DNA of 64,000 nucleotides from the human T2T-CHM13v2.0 reference genome, Homo sapiens, in the NCBI RefSeq assembly GCF_009914755.1, contig NC_060947.1; one strand, written 5' to 3'. Positions 45,861-62,049 of this stretch are shown here, in pieces (the stretch's first letter is position 1; each line of letters starts with the position of its first letter). The notes beneath the pieces were generated by a model. That model was not told the DNA's origin, searched no databases, and was given only the letters and a program-made list of their open reading frames with translations. The position numbers and the translations under genes are program-made.

Positions 45861-46509
45861 TCATTTGGGGGCAGTTGCTTTCTTCCTTCTAGTTAACTTT
45901 ATAGTTTAACTAAATGTCAGCCTTCCAGACTTATTTTGTTTCTTTCTCAGGTCATCATTATGCTTACTGTTCAAATGCTATCAACTTTCAGTAGAACAAC
46001 AGGGACAGATTAAGGTCAAGTGCGCCAGCATAAATCACCTGTCCTATTATTCTCTGTAGCTTGTCTTTTTTTTGTCAGCACAAGAAACAACTCTCTAAAT
46101 CAGGTTTATTATACTGCAAAAACTTTGTGTCCTCCTCAATTTCATGAAAACTTGTAAAGGAACTCTCAGAAGTGAGTCAATGAAACTGCAGGAGAAGATT
46201 CACTCTTATCAAGTCATTTTTAAATAGCTGGGGCAGAATCATTAAATTGGAAAAACACAGAAACTTAAGTTCTTGGAACTGGAAGCCATTTTAGAGATCA
46301 TTTCCAAGAAAGATGAAAAAGTTTCACCTTGACATGTTAACTCTGATAGTCTGGTAGCAGCTGCCTGGATTGTTGGGTTTAGGATTGTGAAGCTATCTGG
46401 ATTCAGGGAAAAGGGTGCAGTGAACCATTGTGAGTATCTGCCTTAGTTGGAAGAGAAGCTAGTGGAAGCATGTAACTTTTTTCAATTTATTTTAATCGCT
46501 ATCAATGTT

Positions 46510-46792
46510 AAGATATACAAATTGGGACCCTAAGAGTGCATGCTTGAGGCCACTTGCCCAATTTCTGAGATCTTATCAGGAAGCTGCTGATCACCAGTTT
46601 CAGGTATTTTCTATCTATCAGGAGACTGCCTTTCTCTGGCACTGGCTGTAACCAATTATTATTTTAGAGAGACAGTTAACAACTGCCTGACTATCATCTG
46701 ATGATCGCTTGACATTCCTGGTGTGTGGCGGGGGGAGGAAGGTGGAGCCCTCTCCTGCCCTGTTCATGCCTGACTAGCTACCTACTGTAACA
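46510..46792 (-). mobile_element. ERV LTR fragment (MER21/MER4-group-like)
   Basis: Ends ...ctagctacctactgtaaca (TGTTACAGTAGGTAGCTAG on the minus strand). Confidence 0.55.
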
Positions 46793-46794
46793 AC

Positions 46795-47297
46795 TGTATT
46801 AGTGTCTTGTGGCTGCTTTAACAAAGGATTATGAACTTTACAGCTTAAAACAACATAAATTTATTATCTTACCATTGTGGCTATCAGACGTTGAAAATGG
46901 ATATCAAGTGGCTAAATTCTGCAGAGAGTCTGCGGGGCTGTGTTCTTTTCTTGAGACTCTAGGGGAAAATCTGTTCTGTTGCCCCTTTCCAGCTTCTAGA
47001 GGTTTCCACATTCCTTGACCCGTAGCTCCCTTTCATATTTAAAGCAAGCAATGGCCAGTGTAGTCTTTCTTATGATGCCATCTCTCTAGTTCTGACTCAT
47101 CTGTCTTTCTCCCCCTCATTTAAGGAAGGACCTTTGCAATTACATTGATCCCACCTGGATAAGCGGGGATAATCCCTTCATCTCAAGATCTTTAATCATA
47201 TTTACAAAGTTCCTTTTACCATGTAAGGTAATATGTTTGCAATTTCTGATCATTAAAGTTTAGAAATGTTTGGGCAGTCATTATTCTCTCTACATAG
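46795..47297 (-). mobile_element. MaLR LTR (MLT1-like)
   Basis: tgtattagt...gcttaaaacaacataaatttattatcttac...tccagcttctagagg...cccacctggataa...ccatgtaaggtaa motifs. Confidence 0.75.
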
Positions 47298-48939
47298 TCA
47301 CTAAAAAGGGATTAATATAACGTACTTATAAAGTCTCATATCTATTTTTTCAACATTGAAAAAAATGTGGCGAAGCACAGCTGGTTCAGAATAGATGTAA
47401 GATTTTAAGCAACTTACTACATGCATATGGAAACAGAATTAACTACACATTTAATTATTTTTAGTAAACGAAATTCCTTCAACAAAAACGCATGTGTCAT
47501 CTGTCTTAGCATTGCCATTAAGTATGATCATTCAGAGCTGGGGAAAAACACATTCCACTGACACTGGCAAAATCAGTTTCCACCTACTTATTTTAGGCAT
47601 GTCGTTGCACCAATGAACACATTAAATGTGATTAATTTCTTTGGACATGGAAGTTGAAATTGCTTATCAGTAAGGCCTGAATAAACAGGAAAAAATTTGA
47701 ATAATACATTACCCTATTAATTTATCCTATCAAAGAAATAAATTGCATTTAACTTTATCTGTAAATGCTATAAAATTTAAGTTTATTTTGGTGAACTAAT
47801 TGTATATTTTGGTTTACCTAATATGTTATGATAAAGAAAAATTCTCAGTTTATGTTATAATTTACTTTATTATACTGAATGTTCCTATTATATGGAAAAT
47901 GCCTACCTCCTTATTATTATTATTTTTTGTCTCCTCTATATAATCAAAGGAACTTGGGCTCAGTAATGACTCCAGAGATAATAGAGCTTTCCCATGATGG
48001 CAGGACCAAAGCAAATATTAAGTCTGTGATTACTGATTGCCTGATTCACTGATTGATTCATTTTTTCAAGTTTTGTATTGGTTATTAACTAACTGCTTAG
48101 CGCTAGGTAAGAAAGGCAAAATGAAAGAGGAAAAAGACATAATCATATAATCCCGGTTTGCTTCTTTGTGAGGCTTGCAGTCCTCCAAGAAGAAAAATAA
48201 TCAAAAATCACATTGAGTATAGTTGGGCTAATTTTAACAAGTGTAGTCATACCATCAAATATGGCCAGCCCACTATCATGACAAACATCACATCTATTTG
48301 ACCATGAATGCTGTTGCCTTCGCTTTTAACACGAGGTAAATAATTTCACTAAAATATGCTAATGAATTGGTGGACCAAACAAATGGTACTACAGAAAAAA
48401 AATCAGAGTCACTATGTGTTTCTAAACAATACAATGGAAAAAGATAAAGTGTTGATAGTTATATAAATATGACTCCAGAGCTCTCATAGTGTGCCCGCCT
48501 TATACCTTAGGGGCTGCTTTGAGAAACAAAAATGCCCTATGACTCTGGAGGGGCAAACTGAAACTGTGATTTCATTCAGAAAAGTTATTAGGCTCTCTGT
48601 TGCCACAGAAAGCTTACATGCCTTTGCTCAGTCCCTATTTCTGAAAAAAATCAGTGTAGTTCTGAATGGGTCTGTTCATGCCCCTTGTCAGTTTTACTCT
48701 ATTTCAGTCTACTAAGCTAGCATGCTTTGGAGTTTTACCTTGTGGCCAATGTGATTTCAAAATAATTAGTTGGTTAAAAGGCAGAAAATTCCATTGATAG
48801 GTATTAATTTACCAGTTTCACTGATTATTTTGTAGAGGTGGGGGCTTGCTATGTTGCCTAGGCTCAAACAATCTACCCAAAGTGCTGAGATTACAGGCAT
48901 GAGCCACCATGCCTGGCCATAATTATAATTTTTTAAATG

Positions 48940-49770
48940 GAATTAAAAGGTATATCAATTGCAATGCATGGTCCTTATTTGGAGTTTAATTCAAACAAAC
49001 TGTAAAAATGAAAATTTATAACTTTGTGAGATAATCAGATATTTGAACTATGGCTGAATATTAGATGACATTCAAGAATTACTATTAATTTTTTAGGTGT
49101 GATAATGGTATTTTGGCTACATTTAAAAAAAAAACTCTACCTATTAGAGATTTATACTAAAATTTTAATGGTTAAAATTATATAATGTCTAGCATTTGCT
49201 TCAGAATAACTGAGTAGCAGGGTAAAAATAGAATGAGATATAAATGAAACAAAATTGGCCATAAATTGACAGTTGTTAAAGCTGGATGGTCAGTATATTG
49301 CGTTTCATTAAGTCATTCTGTCAACTTTAGTGTATGTTTGAAATTCTCTATTAGAAATTAGTTTGAATACTAGTTTCGATAGTTCCCTTAGGGCATTTTC
49401 AATTTCATTTTTATACATCTTTTCTAGAAACACAGCCGCCATGTAAAGCAAAGTATACACATACCAAGTTCCATTGATTCTGCCTCCTAAATCTTTTTTC
49501 TTAGCTCCATGTTTTCACTTAAAAAAAAATCGTATTATTTATATATAATAATATTCATTCATTTTAAGGGTAGCATTTGATGAATTTGGTGGTTGTATAC
49601 AGTATGTAACCACAATCAAGACATAAAAGAGTTCCTTCATCCTAAAATCTTCCTCCTGCCCTTTGAAGGTGAGTTCCCCAGCCCCTACCCCCGCCAACCA
49701 CTGATATGCTTTCTGTCATTATAGTTTTGCGTTTTCTACAATTTTATATAAATAGAATCATACAGTACCA
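48940..49770. mobile_element. Old L1 (L1MC/ME) 3'UTR fragments in both orientations
   Basis: Motifs gaatattagatgacatt..gaattactattaatttt.taggtgtgataatgg (+) and accactgat.tgctttctgtc..tatagttttgc (-). Boundaries approximate. Confidence 0.55.
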
Positions 49771-49910
49771 AAAACTTCATTTAAATTCATTGATAGATTG
49801 ACCTGTTTTAGACTCAGGTGGATATACTGCTGCAATGGTATTGTTGCTATTCACATTTAGTAAAATCATGTTTTAGGGATAACTGAACGATGTGTATTAA
49901 ATTATTGTAC

Positions 49911-49947
<37 letters not shown>

Positions 49948-50222
49948 AGATGGAGTCTCGCTCTGTCACCCAGGCTGGAGTGCACGATCTCGGCTCACTG
50001 CAACCTCCGCCTCCGGGGTTCAAGTGATTCTCTTGCCTCAGCCTCCCGAGTAGCTGGGATTACAGACATGCGCCACCAAGCCTGGCTAATTTTTGTATTT
50101 TTAGTAGACACAGGGTTTCACTATGTTGGCCAGGCTGGTATCGAACTCCTGACCTCAAGCGATCCACCTGCCTAGGCCTCCCAAAGTGCTGGGATTATAG
50201 GCGTGAGCCACTGCACCCAGCC
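49911..50222 (-). mobile_element. Alu
   Basis: Antisense Alu with TSD aaattatt(g/a)tactttct. Confidence 0.95.
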
Positions 50223-50619
50223 AAATTATTATACTTTCTAAACTGAAGTCAGGTATGTTTGAAAGGTCACCGACTATTTTAGTGTCACAAATACTGTAGT
50301 CACCCTTTTTGAAGCCTTATGACAAGACACATACAATGTATTGCTAGGTAATACTCTCTTATCTTGTGGGGGAGTTTTATCTACTTGTTCTACATTTCTT
50401 AAGTATCTTAGGTTAAGAGAAACACTGGGTTCATAGTCATAGTACCACTAGTTTACTAGTAACTTATATTCATCAGTTCTGTGCCTTTCTGCTTGAAATT
50501 GCTTGCCTCTCATCCTTCTGCAGAATCCTAATTGAGAAAGAGAACAATCTCAGGGTTGTGTGCAGTAGTGTCCTGGTAAATGTTTAACAACTGGCTCTCT
50601 GCAAAAGTAAAGCCCTGGC

Positions 50620-50850
50620 GTTAAGGGGTGAGCTGTGTACCATGCAAAATGTATATGTTGAAGTCCCAACCTCAGTACCTCAGAATTTGGAAATAAAGTC
50701 ATGGCAGATGTAATTATTAAGTTAAAATGAGGTCATAAGGGGGTAGGGTGAGCCCTTAATCCAATATAACTGGTGTCCCTATAAAAAGAATGCCATGTGA
50801 AAAGAAACAGACACATGTAGAGGAAAGATGATATGAAGAGACATACACAA
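50620..50850 (+). mobile_element. MaLR LTR fragment (MLT1A/B-like)
   Basis: atatgttgaagtcc.aacc.cagtacctcagaat...ttaaaatgaggtcat...ccctaatccaatat.actggtgtcc.tataaaaag. Confidence 0.7.
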
Positions 50851-51044
50851 ACAACTCTCTGAGGCTGGTTCGAATCAGCAGATCATGCCTAATCTGGGAT
50901 GCCTATAAAAGCAGTGAACAGGTAGGTGGTCCTAGGGTAAAAAAAAATGCCTATTACTGAAATAATGTTGATGCTTTTGTTCATGTTTTATTCTCTAAGC
51001 TGATGTAATTACATAAAGAAAAAATACAAGTAAATTTAAAAAAG

Positions 51045-51245
51045 TGGAAGTTGACAATTTATGGCCTGTGATCTGCTTTTGCATGGCCATTGAGCTGACA
51101 ATATTTATTAAACATAGTTTTCATGTGTGGTGAAGAAGAAAAAGACCAAAAAAAGGAGGAAGAATAGAAGGAGTAACAGAAACCCTATGGCTCACAAAGG
51201 GTAAACTACTGTCTGGTCCTTTGCAGAAAAAATTTGCTGGCTCTC
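51045..51245 (+). mobile_element. hAT-type DNA transposon remnant (MER58-like)
   Basis: atggcctgtg...ctgtctggtcctttgcagaaaaaatttgctg terminal motif. Confidence 0.5.
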
Positions 51246-52179
51246 AAAGAGTAATTTGAAGTAGAGAATCTCCTGGTCAAGTTAATTCTACTTTAGGGAA
51301 AGATATTTGGAAAAAATTTGGTAGGATGTGTGTCATTGACATGGAGACCACAACTGAAAGATCTGGTAAGTGTGCAGTTTTAAGTAAAAGCTCTTAATCG
51401 TTGGACACTAATGTTTATATATATATATATATAAAAAGAACCATGTGAGGGATTTCAAAAGTGCCTCTTCATTTGTCTTGTAGAACTTAAATTTGACATG
51501 TAGCTCTGCATTTGATTCATAGGGCGAAAGTTTGCAATCTTTAGTCTAGGCCCAAGAAAGAATGGAGATTGATCTGACCAACCCTTATAGAGGAGATTTG
51601 AAGGCTATATGGTTTGAAGAGCTCAAGAAGAAAGTATACCATCAAGAAAGGTTGGCACTCTCAGACTAGGAGAAAAGACAAGGAATAGTAAGTTCTGATG
51701 TCAGACATTTATATTGGCTTTACAAGCTGTGCCTCAAGGTGGCAGGGCTTTGTATGCCAATGACTGGAGGAGGTGGGACAGCTGTGGTTTGGAGAACATT
51801 GGTGGGGGAGCCACACTGCTGAGATCCTGAGAGTCATTATTGGGAAGGAGATCTCTATAGTCAACAGAAGCAACAGATCCTAGAAATTATGGAGAACTAT
51901 AATCTAACGGTGCTGCTGGACAGCAAAAAAAGCCATGATATTTATCAAGATCAGTTTCATTATCCAATAACCTCACCTTTGTTGTCCCAAATTCTACTTT
52001 CTAAGTTTCCAGGTTTGATATTATTTAAAAATAACAAAGCAAAGAAAACATGAACAATATATCATGCCTTATGTATTTTGGGGCATTCTATATGTGCTGT
52101 AGTAGAAATCAAGGAATGTAAATTAAGATATTATAGTTTTCATCTAGAATTTAGCAAAAGACAAAAAATGAATGAGACA

Positions 52180-52420
52180 GTAGTGTATAACATTTAGAGT
52201 CACCAGTTTTGGCTACAAATACCAATTCTGCTGCCTCCTTCTTTTGTGTCCTTCAGCAAGCAATGTAACCTCTCTGAGCCTCAGTTTCCTTATTGGTAAA
52301 GTAAAACTAATAATCAAACCTACTTCATAGGGTTGTTAGGAGGATCAGTTAAAGCAATGCATGTAAAGTGCTTACAACAGTGTCTGGGACATGGTAACAG
52401 CTTGTTGAATGCTAGCTCTA
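52180..52420 (+). mobile_element. MIR
   Basis: aacctctctgagcctcagtttcct...cctacttcatagggttgtt.ggaggat...atgtaaagtgctta..acagtg.ctgg.acatggtaa. Confidence 0.8.
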
Positions 52421-53202
52421 ATGACATGATTACTAATTAATGTGAAGAAATTGTTCAGGATAGTGGCAAGGTGGTAGGGCAAGATGAGGTGGCTTTGAGG
52501 AATCTGATAGTGAAGCTGGCAGCATGGGAGTGACACTGGTATGGCCCAGCAAGAGTATGGACAAGAGGCATTTCAGAGGAGACAAAGCCAAAAGGATAGT
52601 AAAGTGCATCTGATTCCATAAGCACAAGGGAGCCCAATGAATTAACACAGTAGGTGCAAGGAGTGAACATAAATAATGCTACCAGACCACAGTGAATCTA
52701 TAAAGAGATTTTCATCTCAGGGACAATCTCTGTGACCTTCAGGTCATCCTGTTCACAGAAGCAGCATTGTGCCATTTCTTCCGAGGATTAAAATTTTCAC
52801 ATTGGCCTGTCACTTGCTTACATCTTGAGAAGACAATACACTTGACATATGCCATTCTCTGTGTGGAGACTTGCTGCTGGGCACAGCTTTCCCCCAGACA
52901 GCTTGTAATGTATGTTTTGCTTTTGTTAATGTTTCTGTTAAGTTAGTTTAAAACAGCTAAAATTTCAGAGCTAAAGCATAATGTTGGAGCTATATATGAA
53001 GACTGAGACTTTTATAGACAATTCTTTGCTACATTTCTGAATAAAGTTATAAGGTATAAAAATGTGTTTTATTCCACTGTAGAAAAATTTAAGCTTGATT
53101 ACAAAAGTACATATGGTTATTTTTAAATTCAGTGAATGTATTTCTACTGTATAGAATGAAATGTGGAAGGCTTCATAGATTTTGTAAAAAGTCACACATC
53201 TG

Positions 53203-53593
<391 letters not shown>

Positions 53594-53699
53594 TCATTGA
53601 CTTTTCAATGAACAATTTTCTTATAGGTAGCCAAAGAGTGCAGCAAAGGAACACCAGTGGCTTATTAAACCAAAGAAATAAAATCTTGTATTTGGTAGC

Positions 53700-53930
53700 C
53701 CAAAAGCATGGCTACAATAAATAATAATTTATTGTACAATTTAAAATGACTAAAAGAGTACAGTCAGAATGTTCGTAACACAAAAAAATGACAAGTGCTT
53801 GAGATGATGTCTACCTCATTGACCCTGATGTAATTATTACACATTGTATGCCTGTATCAAAATATCTCATGTACCCCGTAAATATATACACCTGCTGTGT
53901 ACCCACAAAATTAAAAAGAAAAAAAAAGAG
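53700..53930 (+). mobile_element. L1MA-type 3' end
   Basis: ataataatttattgtac...ttgagatgatg...accctgatgt.attattacacattgtatgcctgtatcaaaatatctcatgtacccc...A-tail. Confidence 0.75.
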
Positions 53931-54014
53931 TATCTTCTAACTCAATGAGCATCAGTGACTTTTTTCTATCTACTAGTTACCTATAGAGGACAATGAGTAT
54001 AAAAATGCAGCTTT

Positions 54015-54530
<516 letters not shown>

Positions 54531-55036
54531 TTAAATAAAATTATTAACATATAAAGATTGGAAAGATCTTTTGTGGGCATTTGAAGATGTCGGATGTTGA
54601 CTCCAAACAGGGGAAAGTAATTTTTGATGAGTGCCAGTCACTGTATTGCTCTCAGCACATATTTTATTTACTTCTAATAATAATTAAACGGGGCAGGCAC
54701 CATTAATATCTCCATCTTATAGATGAGGAAAATGGGAACTTAATATGCTCATATGTTACAGATGGTAGATCCATAATTGTCTGTTCCAAGGATCATTTTC
54801 TCAATAATTATCATCTATGGGTCACATTTAATTTCTTACTACTAACTTAATCATTTGCTATGGATTGATTTTGAGACAAACAAACTGAATTGGTCTGAGG
54901 AATATAGTAAATGATGGTAGAATAATAATGGGTGATACTTAATTAGCATTTGTTGTGTTCTGGGTTACTGTGCTACACACTATTTCTTTCTTGAGTCACT
55001 GAAATTCTGCTCCGCTATCCCCTGCTAGCACACAGG

Positions 55037-56008
55037 CTTTTAAAAGCAGCTTTATTGAGATATAATTAACATACCATAGGATGTATCCATTTGAAATGTA
55101 TAATTAAATGTTGGTTAGTATTTCAGAGGTATGTGCAATCATCAAAACGGTCAATTTTAGAACATTTTTATCACTTTATGAAGAAACCCTGTGCCCTTTA
55201 GCTATCACTCCCCATGCCACCAACTCCCATCCCCAGCCCTAAGCAATTCTTAAAGTACTTTCTGTCTATTGATTTTCTGTTCTGGTTATTTGATATAAAT
55301 GAAATCATATAGTATGTGGTCTTTTGTGACTGGCTTATTTCACTGAAGATAATGTTTTCAAGGCTCATGCATGCTGTAGTATGTACCAGTACTTCATCCC
55401 TTTTGATGGCTAAGTAATATTCTATTACATGGATTGTCAATTTTTTTATGCATTCATCAGTTGATGAGCGTTTGGGTTGTTTTCACCTTTTGGTTATTGT
55501 AAATATTGTTTCTATGACAATTTATGTAAAAGTTTTTGTGTGAAAATATTTTCAATTTCTTGGATATATACCTAGGAGAGGAATCTCTGGACTATATGCT
55601 AATTTCATGTTTAACTTTTTTGGGAACTTCTGAACTATTTTCCAAAGCAGCCGCACCATTTTACACTCCCACTATCCCTGTATGAGGGCTATTATTTCTC
55701 TACATCCTCATCAACACTTGTGAATATCTGACTTTTGGATTCTAGTCATCCTCGTGAGTGTGAGGTAATATCTTTGTGGTTTTGATTTGCAATTCCATGA
55801 TGACTGATGATGTCAAGGATTTTCTAATGTGTTTGTTAGCTATTTGCATATCTTCCTTGGGAGAAATGCCTGTTCATATCCTTTGCCCATTTTAAACTGG
55901 GTTACTTATCTTTTCTTCATTGATTTGTATATGTACGTTATATATTTTGGATACAAATCCCTTATCAGGTATATAATTTAAAATTATTTTCTCTCATCTG
56001 TGGATTGT
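55037..56008 (-). mobile_element. L1MB-type 3' end
   Basis: agctttattgagatataatt.acatac start; ORF 55198..55440(-) IHVIEYYLAIKRDEVLVH is a degenerate ORF2 C-terminus. Confidence 0.8.
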
Positions 56009-57299
56009 GGTGCTACACTCTTTTTATGGATCCCTTAATCTTTACAATAGCCTCATAAGGAATTATCCACTCATCTCCAGCTTTTAAAATTTTTTTAGAA
56101 ATGCAAAAGTAGACTGAGTGGGTAAGCACTTAACTCAAAATGTGACTAAGGGATTCCTGGGTTTGAGCTCATATCTCTGTTGGGGATTCAATGAATGCTT
56201 CCCTTCTCCTGCCATGATGCTCACATACGTTGTAAGCATTTGACCAAAAACAATTAAATCTTAGGAATGCATTCCCCTGACTGTGCGTAACTCCTAGACA
56301 TTCCAGTGTATACACATTGAAAAACATACAAAAACAACACTTTGGCAATACTCCCCAAATTTATTCTCTGTGGACTTTGCTGATTTCTAGCAGGAAGGTG
56401 TAACCAGAAAGCACTTGAGGCAGGTTGAATTCATATTCTGAGTCAGGATTTATAAGCATGGGGAACTGTTCTCTTAAAAGACAATAACAAAGATAAACCT
56501 TCTAATGGGAGCCAGATGCAGTCATGATTTTGATTAAATGTTTGCTAGTAACTATACTTATGTGAGAACATCTGCCCACTGATGAGCTCCCTGGGGTTTT
56601 AGCAGGTGAATTTATGTAGGAAATAGAACTTCAAGTGCTGCTTCCTGAGGAGAGAAGTTAGATAAAAAACCTCACTTACCTTTCTTTCATTTTTTTTCCC
56701 ATCTGCCATTTAGAAAGCCCAAGTAAATACATTCCTACATTGAGCTAATACGCTTCCCTTCAGCCTCTCTGCATCCCCAGCTTCGGCTTTGCAGGTGCCC
56801 AGTAAGTGTTGGTGTCTATATCTGGGCCCTGGATGTACAGGCATGTTGGGTTGTTCAAGAATAATGCAGTGCTTCATATGCCTGTAATAGCAACCCAGGG
56901 CTGGTCTTTGTTGTTCACACCCACACTCCTAAACATACACACTCCTCTCTTTTCAAATCTTCCCCCTCAAATGTTCTCAATAGTTTATCTTTGGAAGGCT
57001 GGATCAGAAAGCAGAATACATGGTATTTAGGGAAAGGTTTTTTTATTGATGCTTTCGGATTCCTCTGAGCTCTAGGTCACTCTTAATTAAGCAGTCAACA
57101 GGCCGGTCTTTACTCACTTCCCAGACTGCCATACAAGGTACAGAAAAGAATAGTCTTAAGTATATCTCATATTCCGGATAAATACTCTGGACTGTAGCTT
57201 ATCTGATTAGTGACCTTCTTCTGAGACCATCAGGATTAATTCCATCTTGTCTCATCACTTTTAAGTCACCTACCTGCAGATTATTCATTGCCTGGTCAC

Positions 57300-58730
57300 T
57301 TATCCACATATTGTTATATACATAACAAAAGTAAACCCAGCTCTCTCTCCATCATCATTAGCCCTTCTTTTCTGCCCTCTGTAACTCATAGTCTGCCATT
57401 AGAAACTCCCCAGTAGCTTCAAACTCTTCCCTTCCTCTGGTTATAACTGGAATGTAGCTGTTCTTTCATGTGAACACCAGTTTCCCTCACCTACCCCAGA
57501 GACTAGAGGTGGAGTAAGTGGCCACTTTGCTCCTTTTTGTCACTTACAAATCATTTCTGTTTCTTGTTCAAAATCCAGAGCTCATTTGAAGTATAGAAAT
57601 TTTCAAGAGTAGACTGACTGATGTCACCTGAAATTCTTGACCACATATCTCAAATGAGCAATCTTTCCATATTATGTGTCCTTTTCTACTATTAAAACCG
57701 ACTATTCAACACCTTATTCTCTTCTGAGTTCTTCAGAAACCCAGCCTCTCATGCCTATCATTTTATGACCTTTCCTCTTCCTTCACTGAGAGAATAGAAG
57801 AATCAACAGAGATTTATTCCCTTTTATCTTTACCACCAAATTCACCATCTTACCTGCATTTGTAACCATGTCATAATCCTTTCCTTTTCTTCTGTACAAT
57901 GTATAAAATAACCTGTTCTCATGTAAGGCCAGATCTTCTACTTTGAGTGTAGGTCCCATCTACTAGTGCTCTGATACTCCTCTTGCATTATCAATATTTT
58001 TTTTTCTTCTGCAGTTATCCTCTTGCTCTTTACAATCATTGATTTCACTTAATCATTCACATCGGCATAAAGGTATGCTCTAAATCTACCCTCTTAAAAA
58101 TACACTCTCGGCTGGGCATTGTGGCTCATGCCTGTAATCCCAGCACTTTGGGAGGCTGAGGCAAGCGATCATGAGGTCAGGAGTTCGAGACCAGGCTGAC
58201 CAACATGGTGAAACTCTGTCTCTACTAAAAATACAAAAATTAGCTGGGCGTGGTGGTGCATGCCTGTAATCTCAGCTACTCAGGAGGCTGAGGCAGGAGA
58301 AACACTTGAACCCGGGAGGCAGAGGCTGCAGTGAGCTGAGATCACACCGCTGTACTCCAGCCAGGCGACAGAGTGAGACTCTGTCTCAAACAAACAAACA
58401 AATAAAAAACCACACAAACAAAAAAAAACCACTCTCGGGACACCAAATCAACGTCCAACTCCATGGTTTTTCCTTTTCTTAGCATGAAACCTCTCACTTC
58501 CTCACCTCATATTGTGTTCTTAATATACGTCATTCAGGTTTACACTAAATATTTTCCATTCTTTTATTCTCCTTTTTTTTCAAGATTACCAATAACTTCC
58601 ATACTATCAAGTTCAATGATCACTTGTGTTGCCCCATATTACCTGTGAGAAGTATTTCATGAAACTGACTATTTTTTCTTCTTAAAACATCATTTGCCTT
58701 TGGCTGTTGTAATGCTCCACTCAACTGTTT
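57300..58730 (+). mobile_element. L2 fragments (interrupted by Alu)
   Basis: cttcactgagagaatagaagaatca, aaggccagatcttctac, caagattaccaataacttcc motifs. Approximate. Confidence 0.5.
58110..58428 (+). mobile_element. Alu with TSD aaaaa..cactctc
   Basis: Direct reading. Confidence 0.95.
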
Positions 58731-58739
58731 TTTTCTGTT

Positions 58740-59630
<891 letters not shown>

Positions 59631-60049
59631 TATGTGTTTCTGACCTAGTTCTATATCTTTCTATATGTAACTCTGACCAAATATTCAAACTCATTCACTC
59701 AACAGATATATTTGTGACCACTTACTACATACCAGTCCCTACTCTATGCACTAGGAATAAAGTGATGATGGGACAGCTGTAGCAGATTGCTAGCTGATCA
59801 CCAACACTCAAATAATCCTCTTCTTGGTAGATTCCATTTATCCATCTCTCTTGCAGTTAAATGTGGCTATGTGAGCTCTTGCCAATGAAATGTTAGTGGG
59901 AGTGATACATGTCCCTTTCAACCTGGCCTATAAATATTCCCATGTACTTTCCTCAATGATCTTTTCTGCTTCCACAATTGGAATGGAGGTGGCAAAAAGT
60001 GTTATTTTGCAAATTACCCCAATAGGGTTTTGACAAGCATTGAATATGG

Positions 60050-60420
60050 ATGTGGTTATAGCTATGCTTTAAATGTGTCTCCTCCAAAATTCAGATTTTG
60101 CCAATGTGATAGTATTAAGAGGCGGGGTCATTAACAGGTGATTAGGGTATGAGGGCTCCTTGCTCATGAATAGGATCAGGGCCCTTAAAAAGAGTCTTCA
60201 TACAACTTTAGACTGGCTTTTCCTTCTACCACCTTCCATGTGAAGACACAGCGTTCCTCCCTGCCAGAGGATGCAGTAAAAAGGTACCATCTTGGAAGCA
60301 GAGAGCAAGCCCTTACCAGACAACCAAACCTGCTGGCACCTTGATCTTGCACTTCTCAGCATCTGGAATTGTGAGAAATAAATTTCTGATTTTTCTAACT
60401 TACCCAGTCTCAGGTATGAC
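60050..60420 (+). mobile_element. MaLR LTR (MST-like)
   Basis: aatgtgtctcctccaaaattca...ccaatgtgatagtattaagagg...ccatcttggaagcagagag...cttgatcttg.acttc...aattacccagtctcaggtat. Confidence 0.8.
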
Positions 60421-60814
60421 AATTATTTAGCTTAATTTCAGCATGTATTTAGTGGTCAATAAATGTTGGCTTCTGTAATTATGATTACAGTCTTTAATGA
60501 TCTGAGATAGGAAGAAGGTAAAAAGCCTCACATAATTCAGCAGATAGTGAAATTAGGTCTGCACTCCTGTAGACAGAGTAGCAGACTTGCTGATGGTAAC
60601 AGCTTTGTCTTTCTGCACAGTTTCTCTGTTGATGAACCAAGATAATCCTAAGCTTTCTTAAAGAATATTTAAAGGACCATAATTTTGGTTATGCTAATGT
60701 AATGAAATGCAGCTTATGCCAAAAACAATATGAGAAGCTTGGTTACAGTGGTTTTGAAAATTCTAAATTTTGCTGGAACGTTTTTCATTTACACAACACT
60801 TCTGTAAAATAGCT

Positions 60815-61216
60815 CTGTAATAGAATCTGACTCCATGTTTTACATTTGACGGCTAACAATTTTCACGACCCACCACTTCCTCTTCCTCTTCTTACCTAGA
60901 TCTGATAAGAAAGCCCAGGTGATTCCTTCTTTAGGGCTAGTGTGAAGGTCAAACCATGCAAGCCCTAGTCTGTGTGTGGGACACTCATACCAGCTTTACC
61001 CCCTAACCGTCATAAAAGCCAAGCCATTTTTTTTTTTTTCTCTCTGTTCTCTCAAGCATTCTTTTACCTGCTTGGAAACCTGTCCTGATCTCCCCAGAAA
61101 GCCTCATTATGTGAGTAATAAAATTTTCCATTCCCTTTTGGTGCGTGTATCATCAGTTTTGACATCCAAACCAAATTTTTGGTGTGGAATCCATCCTGTC
61201 ACATTGAATCTGTGAA
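60815..61216 (+). mobile_element. ERV1 LTR (MER31-like), possibly followed by internal sequence
   Basis: tgtaatagaatctgactccat.ttt...ctgataagaaagccc...cctcattatgtgagtaataaa...tgtgaaca. Confidence 0.55.
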
Positions 61217-62001
61217 CAGGATATCTAGGCACTCTTCACTACCACCAGGGATCTTTTTTCTCTTGCTTTAGCTTCCTAACTGGCACTGCTACCTGCTGGT
61301 GACATGCAGTTTGAGCTACTGCCTGCGGCCTAGCTTGTACTTTAAACTGTACTGCTTTGTGCAGCATTGGTAGGGTTCTACCAAGCCTATGCTAAAGATT
61401 TCAACAACGTAAGTCAGCAGTTTAACTAATTGACATTTATTGACAGGAATATTGGGTTGGAGCCCTTCTTAATGCAGCCCTGAATCTTGTGTTTCAGCCT
61501 GGATCTGTGAATTCAGATTGAATCATGTGTCTCAATTCCAATATAAGATATGACTGAAACTAGGCTCAAGGATAAACTCTTCCGTTTTTACCATCAGTTG
61601 TTTCTAAACCAGGTGTTAGTATTCTTTCTTTAGACAGTTGAGGAGAAAGACTGAGAGTCTCTTCAATATATAGGCCCACTGGTTGGTCACTCATATGGAG
61701 GGAGAGCAGTTACTATTTGAAATGCTGAGAACACACTCCTAAAAGCAGATAACTCACTAGGAGCTTTAAAAATGCTTCTTGCGATACTGTTTAGGTCAGT
61801 GTCACAAAAAAGATTTTGATCATCAGAGTTTTAGGGAGAAACATCCATGACACCCTTGTGGAAAAAAACAACGGATTCATTCAACCATTTTCATGAAGGA
61901 GTCCCATAATCCTGATGATATTGACTTGATATGAGGTTCTCTGAAAGAAGAAACTTATATGAATAAGGTAGAGAGGAATGTCCATGAATTGTATGCAGTA
62001 A

Positions 62002-62002
<1 letters not shown>

Positions 62003-62040
<38 letters not shown>
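62003..62040. repeat. (CA)n microsatellite in the upstream region of the SPANX-like gene
   Basis: Direct reading, ~19 units. Confidence 0.97.
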
Positions 62041-62043
<3 letters not shown>

Positions 62044-62049
62044 TGGGAA

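Noticed and set aside
61995-62040. (CA)n lies at the position homologous to the inner arm breakpoint (gcagtaacc vs gcagtagcc)
   Set aside because: SPANX-A has no microsatellite there, so there is no mechanistic link; likely coincidence.
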